64,000 nucleotides of DNA from an uncultured Chloroflexia bacterium (GTDB lineage: Bacteria > Chloroflexota > Limnocylindria > Limnocylindrales > CSP1-4). Positions 9,672 through 20,130 of the stretch are shown one piece after another. The notes under the pieces are model-generated. The model saw only the letters and a list, made by a program, of their open reading frames with translations. It was not told the origin of the DNA and did no database searches. The translations under genes were made by a program, and so were the position numbers. How positions within the stretch are numbered: the first letter of the stretch is position 1; every line of letters begins with the position of its first letter. The stretch spans positions 1,600,001 through 1,664,000 of the forward strand of contig CAWEZH010000002.1 of the NCBI GenBank assembly GCA_963813535.1, read 5' to 3'.

Positions 9672-11285
9672 GTGGGACACGACGACTCGGCCTCGGGGAT
9701 GGCCATGACGCCTGCCGAGGTCGCCGAGCGGGCGGGCGTCAGCCCGGCCGAGATCGATGAGCTGATCCGCCTGGGGATCCTGGCCTCAGGCCCCGACGGC
9801 ACGCTGATCGAAGCCGATGCCAAGCGCGCGACGCTTCTGCGGACGATGCGGGAGGCTGGGCTGCCGATGGACGGTCTTGCCGCCGCCTTCCGGGCCGGGA
9901 CCCTCACCCTCGGGTTCATCGACGAGGCTGCCTACGGGCGGTTCGCGACGTACACCGGCGAGACGTTCGCCGCGGCGAGCGCTCGAACGGGCGTGCCGAT
10001 CGAGCTCGTCATGGCCGTCCGCGAAACGATCGGGGCCGCGCCTCCGAAACCAGAGGATCGGCTCCGAGATGACGAGCTGCCGATCGTGGAGTGGATCGCC
10101 CTGCAGCATGCGAACGGCTTCCGACCACCCGCGATCTCGAGCCTCCTCCGGGCGATGGGCGACAGCCTCCGGCGGATCGCGGAGTCGGAGGCGGAGTGGT
10201 GGCGGTCCGAGGTGATCGGGCCGCGCGTCCAGGCCGGCGGCTCGCTCGAAGAGGCCGGCTCGCCCGAGTTCTCGGACGCGATGGCCATGGCCGGCGAGCA
10301 GGCGATGCTGAGCATGTATCACGCGATCCAGATGCGGACGTGGACGGCGAACATCGTGGCCGGTGCCGAGCTGACGCTGCAGCGGGCCGGTCTCGTCGAG
10401 GAGAAGGTCCGCGAGCCGGCGATCGTCTTCCTCGACATCACGGGCTACACCCAGCTGACGCAGGAGCGCGGCGACGCGGCTGCGGCCGAGCTGGCGGCAC
10501 GGCTCGGCCAGCTCGTCCAGCGGACCTCGGTCGCCTACGGCGGCCGGCCGGTGAAGTTCCTGGGCGACGGCGTCATGTTCGTGTTCCCCGAACCCGGCCC
10601 CGCGGTCCTCGCGGCGCTGGAGATGGTCGAAGGCGTCCCGGCGGCCGGCCTACCGCCCGCCCACGTCGGGATCGCCGCCGGCCCCGTGATCTTCCAGGAG
10701 GGCGACTACTACGGCCAGACCGTGAACCTGGCTGCGCGGATCTCCGATTTCGCCCGACCGGGCGAGGTCCTCGTCAGCAGCGCCGTCGTCGTTGCTGCGC
10801 AACTCCCCGCCGAGCAGTTCGTGGAGGTGGGGCCGGTCGAGTTGAAGGGGGTTTCCGGTCCCGTCCAGCTCCTTTCGGCGCGGCGGTCGCCGGATCGTCC
10901 TGAACGGGACCAACTGGTGGCAATGTGCAATCTCATCGGCCGGTCGCGATCTCCCGCTTGCGGCGCTCGACGAAGGCATCGAGCGCTTCGGCGATCGCGG
11001 GATCCAGCGGCGGCGGCACGGCCTCGGCAAGGATCCGCTTCCACAACCCGTTCGCCCGTTCCGTCGCCGTGTGCGACCCGTCCGCCTGCCACGTCTCGAA
11101 GTTGCGCCAGTCCGACACGAGCGGCGTGTAGAACGCCGTCTCGTAGCGCTCGAGGGTGTGGGCCGTGCCGAAGAAGTGGCCGCCCGGGCCGGCCTCGGCG
11201 ATCGCGTCGAACCCGAGCGTGCCCTCCGACACCTCGATCGGTTGCAGCACCTCGGCCATCATCTGCAGGATCTCGGCGTCGATGA
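9672..11285 (+). CDS. Class III adenylate/guanylate cyclase with N-terminal HTH-like region; true end probably near 10900
   Basis: IVFLDITGYTQL, VKFLGDGVM, DYYGQTVNLAARI, ELKGV. The tail after ~10890 is non-domain and overlaps the convergent mttB gene. Confidence 0.8.
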   Translation: MGHDDSASGMAMTPAEVAERAGVSPAEIDELIRLGILASGPDGTLIEADAKRATLLRTMREAGLPMDGLAAAFRAGTLTLGFIDEAAYGRFATYTGETFAAASARTGVPIELVMAVRETIGAAPPKPEDRLRDDELPIVEWIALQHANGFRPPAISSLLRAMGDSLRRIAESEAEWWRSEVIGPRVQAGGSLEEAGSPEFSDAMAMAGEQAMLSMYHAIQMRTWTANIVAGAELTLQRAGLVEEKVREPAIVFLDITGYTQLTQERGDAAAAELAARLGQLVQRTSVAYGGRPVKFLGDGVMFVFPEPGPAVLAALEMVEGVPAAGLPPAHVGIAAGPVIFQEGDYYGQTVNLAARISDFARPGEVLVSSAVVVAAQLPAEQFVEVGPVELKGVSGPVQLLSARRSPDRPERDQLVAMCNLIGRSRSPACGARRRHRALRRSRDPAAAARPRQGSASTTRSPVPSPCATRPPATSRSCASPTRAACRTPSRSARGCGPCRRSGRPGRPRRSRRTRACPPTPRSVAAPRPSSAGSRRR

Positions 11286-12460
11286 TCAGCTTCTCGTACG
11301 ACGCGGTCAGTCCGCCCTCGAGCCAGCCGGCGCCCTGGTAGAGCAGGTTCACGCCGCCCATCACGGCGCCCCAGACCGCCATCTCGGCCTCGTACGCCGC
11401 CTGGGCGTCGACCACCGGTGACGCCGTCGCGTTCGACGACCGCCACGGCAATCCGTACCGCCGCGCCATCTGCCCCGATGCGAACTGTGCCTTCACCGAC
11501 TCCGGCGTCCCGAAGGCCGGAGAGCCCGTCCGCATGTCGACGTTCGAGGTGAATGCGCCGTAGATCATCGGCGCGCCCGGTCGAACGATCTGCGCCAACG
11601 CCACGAGGAAGAGCGCCTCGGCGTTCTGCTGCGCGATCGCGCCGGCGAGGGACACCGGACTCATCGCGCCGGCCAAGCGTGAACGGCGTGGCGACGACCG
11701 GCTGCCCGTGGAGCGCCATCTCGATCAACCCGTCGCTCATCGGCCCGTCGAGCCGCAGCGGCGAGTTGGTGTTGATGATCGTGATCAGGGAGGGCTCGGC
11801 GAGCAGCTCATCCCGCGACACGCCGCGCACGAGGGAGATCACCTCGAGCGCATCGTCGACGACCACCCGCCCCGTCCCAAGGCAATGCCATGTCTTGTCG
11901 AGCTCGGTCGCGAACACCCGGTACTGGTCGAGGTGGCGTGTCTCGACCGGCAGGTCGGTCGGCTCGAGCGGCCCGCCACCCTCCTGGTGGATGACGTCGA
12001 GCGCGCCGATCAATCGCACGTAGTCGGTGAAATCGGCGATGTTGCCCGGTCGCCGGCCGCGGTCGAGGTCACTCACGAACGCGGGCCCGCCGACCGCGCA
12101 GAACACGAGGTTCGCCCCGCCGAACACGACGTCCCGCTCGCGGTTTCGGGCGAGCAGCCGGAACTCCCGCGGCGCCTGCGCCACCAGCGACTCGAGGTGC
12201 GCGGGGTCGAACCGCACGTTCCGTGACGACCGATCGATGGTGGCCCCCGCGCCGGCCAACGCGTCGAGCGCCCGGTCGCCGAGCACCTCCATCCCGATCT
12301 CGGACAGGACGCGGAGCGACGCCAGGTGGATCGATTCGACCTCATCGGCCGACAGGATCTCGATCGGGCGGTACGGGTTCACGAGCCGGCGCCACGGGAG
12401 CTGTCGCACGCCGGCCACGCCGCGCCGGGGCCGGCGACGGACCGCCTCGTGCTCGCTCAC
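10933..12460 (-). CDS. Second MttB-family methyltransferase (non-pyrrolysine), frameshift at ~11675
   Basis: IHLASLRVLSEIG, INTNSPLRLD, TPFTL then a frame change to AGAMSPVSLAG, SNVDMRTGSPAFGTPE, DAQAAYE, AGWLEGGL, GPGGHFF. Confidence 0.85.
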
Positions 12461-12489
12461 CTCGCGATGCTACGCGGCGGCCCCAACGT

Positions 12490-12506
12490 TCTCAGAGGAG
12501 TCTCAG
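12490..12506 (+). promoter_or_regulatory. Direct repeat TCTCAG-N5-TCTCAG (MprA/OmpR-type binding box)
   Basis: TCTCAG-AGGAG-TCTCAG lies just upstream of a TACCCT -10 hexamer (12518-12523) and the response regulator ATG. Confidence 0.7.
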
Positions 12507-12530
12507 CCAGCGCCCCTTACCCTGACGCCC

Positions 12531-13208
12531 ATGCACCTCCTCGTCGTCGAGGACGATCCGCGCCTGTCCCGCCTCCTCAAGCGGCTGCTCGAGGACGACC
12601 GTCACGTGGTCGAGCTCGCGACCGATGGCCGGACCGGGCTCGAGATCGCCGAGGACGCCCCAGGCATCGAGTGCGTGATCCTCGACATCGGGTTGCCCGA
12701 CATCAGCGGCCTCGACGTCGCGCGAGCGCTGCGATCGAATGGGTCCGAGGTGCCGATCCTGATGCTGACGGCGCGCGACACGGTGGGCGACCGGGTCACG
12801 GGGCTCGACGCCGGCGCCGACGACTACCTCGTCAAGCCGTTCGCGTTCGAGGAGCTGTCGGCGCGACTCCGAGCGCTCGCCCGACGCGGTGCTCCCCCTG
12901 GCCGACGCACCAAACCGACATTGGTGGCCGGTCCGATCGCCCTCGACGAGGCGGCTCGACGGGTCACCGTCGACGGCAGGGATGTCGACCTCAGCCCGCG
13001 CGAGTTCTCGCTGCTCGAGTGCCTGCTCCGTCATGCCGGACAGACCCTGTCGCGCGACCAGCTGCTCGACCAGGCCTGGCCGTTCGGGGTGGCGGTGACG
13101 CCCAACGCGGTCGATGCGTACATCCACTACCTGCGCGACAAGCTCGGCGGTGCCGGCAGCCACATCCAGACGGTCCGGGGGGTCGGCTACCGCCTCGCCG
13201 ATGCCTGA
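12531..13208 (+). CDS. OmpR/PhoB family response regulator (MprA-like)
   Basis: LLVVEDD, ILDIGLP, MLTARD, GLDAGADDYLVKPF, LSPREF, IQTVRGVGY. Confidence 0.92.
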   Translation: MHLLVVEDDPRLSRLLKRLLEDDRHVVELATDGRTGLEIAEDAPGIECVILDIGLPDISGLDVARALRSNGSEVPILMLTARDTVGDRVTGLDAGADDYLVKPFAFEELSARLRALARRGAPPGRRTKPTLVAGPIALDEAARRVTVDGRDVDLSPREFSLLECLLRHAGQTLSRDQLLDQAWPFGVAVTPNAVDAYIHYLRDKLGGAGSHIQTVRGVGYRLADA

Positions 13209-14586
13209 CGGCGCCGCACCCGACGCGATGACCCCGGACGAGGAAGGCCTTCTCCGGCGGGTCCGGCTGCAACTCGCGCTGTGGAGCGGTGGCATCACCC
13301 TGGCGCTCCTCGTCCTGCTCGGGATCGCGCTCTACATCGCGATCGACCGGTCATTGTCGAACTCCGGGACGGCCCAGCTCGTCAGCCAGGCGAACGCGCT
13401 CACCGGCGGCCGACGCGGTCCGGACGAGCTGCCCGAGGGCGGCTTCGTGTTCGGTGGTCCGGGCTCCGGCACGCTGACGATGGTCGTCAACGACCGGGGC
13501 GTGCCGGTCGGGCCGCGGCAGGGCCGCCTGCCGTCCGGACTTCCGGTGATGGCCTCGATCGCTGCCGCGCGCGAGACCGGTCAGCGGGACATCCGCGAGG
13601 ACACCGTGCCCATCGCAGCCAGTGGGTCGACCGTCGATGGCGTCAGCGCGACCGCGACTCAGACCCCGGTCCGCGTGCTGACCGATCCGGTCCAGTTCCG
13701 GGGCCGCCAGCTGTACCTCCAGATCGTCGGCGACCGGACGACGGAGGAACGCACGCTGCAGACCCTCGTCCTGGTCCTGGTCATCGGCGGCGCCATCGCC
13801 CTGCTGGTCGCGTCCGGGGTCGGGGCGGCCTATGCCACCCGCGCGCTCGTCCCGATCCGCCAGTCACTCGTGAACCAGCGCCAGGCGCTGCGCCGACAGC
13901 GCGAGTTCGCAGCCGACGCGTCGCACGAGCTACGGACGCCGCTGACGGTGATCCGAGCGAGCGTCGACGATCTCGAACGGCATCCGAAACAGCCCGTGGC
14001 GAACGTCGGCGCGGCGTTGATCGATATCCGGGACGAGGTGGACCACCTGACCGCGATGGTCGACGACCTGTTGCTGCTCGCCCGCTCGGATTCGGGAGCC
14101 ATCGCCCTCGAGCGGGTGCCGACCGACCTTGGCGATGTCGCATCGTCCGGTGCCTCGGCGATGAGCCGCCTGGCGGCGGACCGGGCTGTCCAGCTCGTCG
14201 TCGATCCGATCCCGGCCGAAGTGGCCGGCGACCCCGCTCGCCTCCGGCAGCTCGTCGGGATCCTGGTCGACAACGCCATCCGCCATGCACCGGATGGGAG
14301 CCGGGTCGACGTCCGGGTCCGCACCGACGGCCCGCATGCTGTCCTGGTCGTGGAGGACGAGGGGCCGGGCATCCGGCCCGAAGACCTGCCACGCGTCTTC
14401 GACCGCTTCTACCGGGCAGCCGGCGCGCCCGGCGGCGGGACGGGCCTCGGTCTGGCGATCGCGGCCTGGATCGTCGAGCGGCACGGAGGCCGGATCGCGG
14501 CCACGAACCGGGAGTCGACCGGCGCGCGCTTCACGGTCCGGCTGCCGCTCCTCCAGCGTCCGTCGCCGGGAGCGACACCGGCCTAG
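13201..14586 (+). CDS. Sensor histidine kinase (HisKA + HATPase)
   Basis: Two TM segments, FAADASHELRTPL, LVDNAIRH, DEGPGI, FDRFYR, GTGLGLAI. Confidence 0.92.
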   Translation: MPDGAAPDAMTPDEEGLLRRVRLQLALWSGGITLALLVLLGIALYIAIDRSLSNSGTAQLVSQANALTGGRRGPDELPEGGFVFGGPGSGTLTMVVNDRGVPVGPRQGRLPSGLPVMASIAAARETGQRDIREDTVPIAASGSTVDGVSATATQTPVRVLTDPVQFRGRQLYLQIVGDRTTEERTLQTLVLVLVIGGAIALLVASGVGAAYATRALVPIRQSLVNQRQALRRQREFAADASHELRTPLTVIRASVDDLERHPKQPVANVGAALIDIRDEVDHLTAMVDDLLLLARSDSGAIALERVPTDLGDVASSGASAMSRLAADRAVQLVVDPIPAEVAGDPARLRQLVGILVDNAIRHAPDGSRVDVRVRTDGPHAVLVVEDEGPGIRPEDLPRVFDRFYRAAGAPGGGTGLGLAIAAWIVERHGGRIAATNRESTGARFTVRLPLLQRPSPGATPA

Positions 14587-14648
14587 ACACGGTCCTCGAC
14601 GCGGCACTTGCAGCGATCGCGGGTGGGGAGGCGCCGTAGACTCGGGGG

Positions 14649-16642
14649 GTGAGGTCACCTGGCCCCGATGACTGGCCGATCTTCGGCCGCGACGCGCCCG
14701 ACGTCGCGTGGCGACCCCATCCCGAGGCCGCAGCCGAGGCCCGCCTGGCCAGGTTCCTGCGAGCGACGGGCGAGCCCTCACTCGACGTCCTCCAGGCTCG
14801 CGCGACCGCCGACCCGGCGTGGTTCTGGGGCGCCGCCACCGACGACATCGCGATCCCGTGGACGCGTCGGCCGCGTGAGATCGCGGACTTCAGCGGCGGG
14901 CCTGCATGGACGCGCTGGTGGTCCGGCGGCTCCTTCGACTGGTCGTGGGCAGCGATCGAGCCACGTGCAGCCCGAGATCCGGATGGGATCGCGGTGACAT
15001 GGGAGGGTGAGGACGGCAGTGTCGTCGAGCTCCCCAACGGCGCCCTGGCGACACGTGTCCGGCTCGCGCGCAGAGCAGCTGCGCGGCGCTCGGGATCGAG
15101 GCCGGCGACCGCGTCGGGATCCTCCTGCCGATGCTGCCCGAGACCGTCGTCGCGGTCCTCGCGGTCAGCCGCATCGGTGCGATCTTCACCCCGATCTTCT
15201 CGGGCTACGGCGCGCCCGCCATCGCATCGCGGCTCGCCGACTGTGACGCGAAGCTGTTGATCACCGCGGATGGCTTCCTTCGACGAGGCTCGTGGGTCGA
15301 CCTGAAGTCGGTCGCCGATGCGGCAGTCGCGTCGGCGCCATCCGTCGAACGGGTGCTCGTCGTGTCACGCGCCGGCGAGGCTCTCGAGGTGTCCTGGACT
15401 GACGGGCGCGACGTCCGCTGGGACGATGCGGCGGGCGATGTCCAGGAGCCCGACATGGCACCCGATCGCGACCCCGAGATGCCGTACATGATCATCTATA
15501 CCTCGGGCACCACCGGCCGACCGAAGGGCGCCATCCACGTCCATGGCGGGTTCCCGATCAAGGCTGCGCAGGACCTCGCGCACACGTTCGACCTGACCGG
15601 GCGCGACACGCTGTTCTGGTTCACTGACCTCGGCTGGATGATGGGACCGTGGGCCATCGCCGGCCCGCTGCTCCTCGGCGCGAGACTCGTCATCTACGAG
15701 GGCGCACCCGACTTCCCGGCGCCGGACCGGATGTGGTCGCTGGTCGAGCGCCACAAGGTGACCCACCTCGGGCTGTCACCTACGGTGATCCGCGCCCTGA
15801 TGGCCCATGGCGAGGAGCCCGTCCGGTCGCACGATCGCTCGTCGCTCCGCGTCCTCGGCTCGACCGGGGAGCCATGGAACCCCGAACCGTGGTGGTGGTA
15901 CTTCCGCGAGGTCGGCGAGGGTCGCTGCCCGGTCATCAACTACAGCGGCGGGACGGAGGTCAGTGGCGGCATCGTCGGCGGCAATGTGATCGGGCCTATC
16001 AAGCCGGCGAGCTTCTCAGGGCCGTGCATCGGGACGGCCGGCGATGTCGTCGACGACGCGGGCGCGCCGGCGCGCGGCAAGGTCGGCGAATTGGTCATCC
16101 GCGCACCGATGCCCGGCATGACGCGCGGGTTCTGGGGCGATCGCCAACGCTACGAGGAAACGTATTGGGCTCGATGGCCCGGCCTGTGGGCACATGGTGA
16201 CTGGGCCGAGATCGATGCCGACGGCTTCTGGTTCATCCACGGTCGCTCGGACGACACGCTCAAGGTGGCGGGCAAGCGTGTCGGACCGGCCGAGGTCGAG
16301 AGCGCCGCCGTGGCGCATCCGTCGGTGCTCGAGGCGGCCGCGATCGGCGTGCCGCACGAGATCAAGGGAGAGGCCATCGTCGTGCTCTGCGTCCTCCGAC
16401 CGGACGTGGCAGACGACGACGGCCTGCGGGCCGATGTCGCGCAGCGCATCGCCGGGGACCTCGGCAAGCCGCTCAAGCCTGAGGTCGTGGCGGTCGTCGG
16501 ATCGCTCCCCAAGACGCGCTCCGGCAAGGTGATGCGTCGGGTCATCCGGGCCGCCTGGCTGGGGCTCGACCCGGGCGATCTGTCGGCGCTCGACGACCCG
16601 AGCTCGCTCGACGCCATCCGCGCCGTATCCTTGGACCGATGA
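14649..16642 (+). CDS. AMP-forming acetyl/acyl-CoA synthetase, frameshifted at ~15065-15090
   Basis: N-terminal part (DPAWFW, VTWEGEDG) is in one frame; IYTSGTTGRPKG, GRSDDTLKVAGKRVGPAEVE and LPKTRSGKVMRR are in the next. Confidence 0.85.
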
Positions 16643-17112
16643 CCGGTATCGCCGCCCCGGAGCGTGACATCGTCAGCTGGGAGGACCTCGACCGGCTCGT
16701 GGCACTCCTCGCCGAGCGCCTCGAGGGTCACCAGTTCGACGTCATGCTGGCGATCACACGCGGCGGCATGGTGCCGGCCGGCATGTTGGCGTACCGACTC
16801 CGTCTGCGCGACATCCTCGTCGCCGCCGTCGAGTACTACGACGAAAGCGGGCAACCCGCTCCGAACCCGACGTTCTTCCAGTTCCCGGCCGATCCGCTGC
16901 TGCGCGGCAAGCGGGTGCTGATCGTCGACGAGGTCTGGGACAGCGGGACGACGATCCACGCTGTCACGGAGCGCGTCCGCCAGGCCGGCGGGGATCCGTT
17001 CACGGCGGTCCTCCACTACAAACCCGAGCACTCGGTCGTGCCCGACCGGCCAGACGTCCACGCCGTCGAGACCGACCGCTGGGTCGTGTACCCGTTCAAG
17101 GCCGGTCTCTAG
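16639..17112 (+). CDS. Type I phosphoribosyltransferase (purine salvage-like)
   Basis: AITRGG, PRPP motif VLIVDEVWDSGTT, WVVYPF. Confidence 0.85.
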   Translation: MTGIAAPERDIVSWEDLDRLVALLAERLEGHQFDVMLAITRGGMVPAGMLAYRLRLRDILVAAVEYYDESGQPAPNPTFFQFPADPLLRGKRVLIVDEVWDSGTTIHAVTERVRQAGGDPFTAVLHYKPEHSVVPDRPDVHAVETDRWVVYPFKAGL

Positions 17113-17140
17113 AGCCTCGCCCTCAGCGGAGGACCACAAG

Positions 17141-18226
17141 ATGCCCGATGTCCAGCTCCTCGTCGGCACCCCGAAGGGGGCGTTCATCCTCGACGGCGAC
17201 GGCGACCGCCGCGACTGGTCGCTGCGTGGCCCGCTGTGCGAGGGCTGGCCGATCCACGACCTGATCGTCGAGCCCTCGAGCGGGGCGATCCTCGCCGCCG
17301 GTGGGAGCCCGTGGTACGGCCCGGCGGTATGGCGCAGTGACGACGACGGCGTGACGTGGACGCATTCATCCGAGGGTCTGTCGTACGGCGGCGGGGAGGA
17401 CGCATCCCCGATCACCACGATCTGGAGTCTCGCCACGGGACCGGACGGCACCCTGTATGCCGGCGTGGAGCCGGCTGGTCTGTTCCGGAGTGGCGACGGC
17501 GGGACGACCTGGTCGCACGTCGAGGGGCTTACGAACCACCCCTCGCGACCGACCTGGGAGCCGGGTGCCGGGGGGCTGATCCTCCACACGATCGTCCCCC
17601 ACCCGACCGACCCGCAGCGGATGTGGGTAGGCATCTCCGCGGTCGGTGTCTTCGAGACGCGGGACGGCGGCGAGACCTGGGAGCCGCGCAACAACGGCGT
17701 CCGAGCCGATTTCGTCCCGGGGCCAGCGCCCGAGACGGGCCAGTGCGTGCACAAGCTCGCGATGGCCCCCGGCGAACCCGAGACGCTGTACCAGCAGAAC
17801 CATTGCGGCCAGTACCGCTCGACAGATGGCGGCCTCACCTGGACGGACCTGTCCCGAAACGGCGTCCCGAGCCAGTTCGGCTTCCCGCTCGTGGTCCATC
17901 CTCGCGACCCGAGCACCTTCTGGGTCATCCCGCTGACCCAACCGGAGGAGGGCCGGTTCATGCCGGAAGCGAGCGCTGCGGTCTGGCGGACGACCGATCG
18001 CGGCGACAGCTTCACCCGCAGTCAGCAGGGGCTGCCGCAGCACGATGCGTATCTGAGCGTCCTGCGGGAGGCGATGGCGAGCGACACGCTCGACCCGGTG
18101 GGCATCACGTTCGGGACCAAGACCGGTCAGCTGTGGCACAGCTCCGACGAGGGCGACTCGTGGCGGCTGGTCACGGGCAACCTGCCGGAGATCTGGGCGG
18201 TCGAGGCGGTCGTCCGCGGATCATAG
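17141..18226 (+). CDS. BNR/Asp-box beta-propeller protein (sialidase-like fold), no signal peptide
   Basis: Repeated S/TxDxGxTW boxes (SDDDGVTW, SGDGGTTW, TRDGGETW, STDGGLTW, SSDEGDSW); GQCVHK and YQQNHCG motifs. Confidence 0.85.
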   Translation: MPDVQLLVGTPKGAFILDGDGDRRDWSLRGPLCEGWPIHDLIVEPSSGAILAAGGSPWYGPAVWRSDDDGVTWTHSSEGLSYGGGEDASPITTIWSLATGPDGTLYAGVEPAGLFRSGDGGTTWSHVEGLTNHPSRPTWEPGAGGLILHTIVPHPTDPQRMWVGISAVGVFETRDGGETWEPRNNGVRADFVPGPAPETGQCVHKLAMAPGEPETLYQQNHCGQYRSTDGGLTWTDLSRNGVPSQFGFPLVVHPRDPSTFWVIPLTQPEEGRFMPEASAAVWRTTDRGDSFTRSQQGLPQHDAYLSVLREAMASDTLDPVGITFGTKTGQLWHSSDEGDSWRLVTGNLPEIWAVEAVVRGS

Positions 18227-18245
18227 GGTCGTCGAGTCGTCCGCC

Positions 18246-18509
18246 GTGGCAACGGTCCTGCTCCCGAGATCCCTTCTGACGCTGTTCCCGGGTGTCGAGC
18301 GCAAGCACACCCTTCGGGGCGGCACGGTCGACGCGCTCATCTCGGCGCTCGATGCAGCGGCACCCGGCATGCGCGACCGTCTCGTCCAGGAGGGCCCGCG
18401 GCTTCGACCCCACATCAATGTCTTCGTCGACGGCCGGCCGGCCGATCTGGCGACACCCGTCGGTGACGCCGCGACGGTCCACGTGATCCCCGCCGTGTCT
18501 GGCGGCTAG
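18246..18509 (+). CDS. MoaD/ThiS family ubiquitin-like sulfur-carrier protein
   Basis: 87 aa; HINVFVDG; C-terminal IPAVSGG. Confidence 0.9.
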   Translation: MATVLLPRSLLTLFPGVERKHTLRGGTVDALISALDAAAPGMRDRLVQEGPRLRPHINVFVDGRPADLATPVGDAATVHVIPAVSGG

Positions 18510-18522
18510 CGCACCGGGGCGT

Positions 18523-20130
18523 TCATTCCTCGTCGAATGGCGCGAGCGGGTCGAACGACTCCGTCCGTTCCGCCACGGCGTCGCCCCCGATGGCCCACGG
18601 CCTGCCCTCGCGCCCCCGGCCGGGCGACCGCGGCGGATCGCCGACCATCGCGCGCCAGCCGAGGTCGGACAGTCGCTCGAGCGTGGTCATCGCCGCGGTG
18701 AGCATCGCGCTGGCGTGGTCGGCGGATACCCCGTGCAGCGCCCGCCGGCTCGACACCCCGGCGACGTCGGCGGCAGTCCGGGCCGCGGCTCGAGCGTCGG
18801 CAGCCGCGGCGGCCTTATCGGGATGGCTGCTGCGCATCAGGAGGGCGGAAGAACCCGCTCGGGCCAGGGCTGCCGCGACCACGTACGGCCAGGCGGCCGC
18901 CGGTCGTGGGTGGCCGTCAGCGGACGGCTCGTCGAACCTGATCAGCTGGTCGGGGAAGAGTGCCCGCCGGATGTCGACCTCGGCGAGGATGCGCGCGACG
19001 GCCGATGGCTCGTCGGCCAGCCAGGCGGGGTACGCGCCGACGACGATCCGGTCGGTGGCGATCCGGTCGGCCTTGGCCAGCGAGACGCCGAGCAGCTGGA
19101 GGGCGAGCGCTCGCCCGGAGCGCGTCGCTGGATCCGACGGCACACCCGATGCCAGGTCCGGTGCGACCACCAACGGCCCCGGCCCGATCGAAACGAACGT
19201 GCCGGAACGTCGATGCAGCCGTCGTGCGAAGGCGTGGTCGGCGAGCGAGCGGTCCGGGTCCACGCCACCCACGACGATCTCGGCGATCGGATCGGCCTCG
19301 ACGAGGTCGACTCGCTCGAACGCAGCCACGACCGCGCCCTCGGGCACGCCCAGCGGCGGGATCGCCGTGCCAAGACGCACGTAGCCGCGGCGCTGGGCGG
19401 CAACGCCGTCGGTCGCGCGCCGGAGTCGGGCGAGGGCGCGCTGGCTGCCGGACGGCGCGGGGTCCTCTTCCGCCATCTCGTTGCTCCGGCGCGATCCGCT
19501 CCGATCGCCCGGTCGCCATTCGGGTGGCTCGACGCCGGCCGACTGCATCCGATCAGCCAGCTCACGACCGATCGGCACTTCGACCCGGAGCAGGTCGAAA
19601 CCGGCCGACGCGAGGGCGGCCGCCTCGTCGAGCGCCTCGTCGACCTCCGGCTCGGCAAGCGTGGTGCCGACCCACGGCCGCGGCGCCTCGCCGAGGAGGT
19701 CGAGGAGCTCGCGCCGGGCGGTCCGATCGGTGTCGATGCGGTCCACCGCGACGTCGACCAGCCGGCGGGCCTCGGCCACCGCGACCTTGCGGCGGTCGGG
19801 CTCCCGCAGGAGCTCGGCCTCGAGCGCAAGGTCGATGGCGCCGGACGACACATCGAGCGCGAGCTGCTGCGGTCCGACGTCGTACTCGGTCAGTGCCATG
19901 GCGAACGAGAGGGCGATGCCACCGCCCAGGCCGTCATGAGCGCTGACCAGCCAGCGATCGACGGCGGCGCCGGCGAGCGGTCGACCCGAGCGGTCGAGAC
20001 CGGTCACGCCGAAGAGCCGCAGCAGGGCGCGCTCCTGACCGAGGGTGGTCGAGGCGCGTGCCCGCGCGCCCCACGCGCCAGCCAGGGTCTCGGCGCGCTC
20101 GGCGAGCTTGTCGACCGAGCGGTCAGCCAC
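18523..20130 (-). CDS. Divergent lysine 5,6-aminomutase alpha-subunit (KamD)-like TIM-barrel protein
   Basis: STTLGQERALLRLFGVTG, GYVRL...PEGAVVAAFERVD, DPDRSLADHAFARR resemble KamD blocks; GTG 20130 overlaps the upstream stop. Confidence 0.65.
   Translation of the reverse strand: MADRSVDKLAERAETLAGAWGARARASTTLGQERALLRLFGVTGLDRSGRPLAGAAVDRWLVSAHDGLGGGIALSFAMALTEYDVGPQQLALDVSSGAIDLALEAELLREPDRRKVAVAEARRLVDVAVDRIDTDRTARRELLDLLGEAPRPWVGTTLAEPEVDEALDEAAALASAGFDLLRVEVPIGRELADRMQSAGVEPPEWRPGDRSGSRRSNEMAEEDPAPSGSQRALARLRRATDGVAAQRRGYVRLGTAIPPLGVPEGAVVAAFERVDLVEADPIAEIVVGGVDPDRSLADHAFARRLHRRSGTFVSIGPGPLVVAPDLASGVPSDPATRSGRALALQLLGVSLAKADRIATDRIVVGAYPAWLADEPSAVARILAEVDIRRALFPDQLIRFDEPSADGHPRPAAAWPYVVAAALARAGSSALLMRSSHPDKAAAAADARAAARTAADVAGVSSRRALHGVSADHASAMLTAAMTTLERLSDLGWRAMVGDPPRSPGRGREGRPWAIGGDAVAERTESFDPLAPFDEE

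Noticed and set aside
1937-12460. Pyrrolysine recoding in the MttB genes
   Set aside because: Neither gene has an in-frame TAG; the break in mttB2 is a frameshift; no pyl genes are visible.
17141-18509. Ubiquitin-like anti-phage system (Bil/Bub/CBASS type)
   Set aside because: No E1, E2, JAMM or cyclase genes are adjacent; the Ubl looks like a standard MoaD/ThiS protein.
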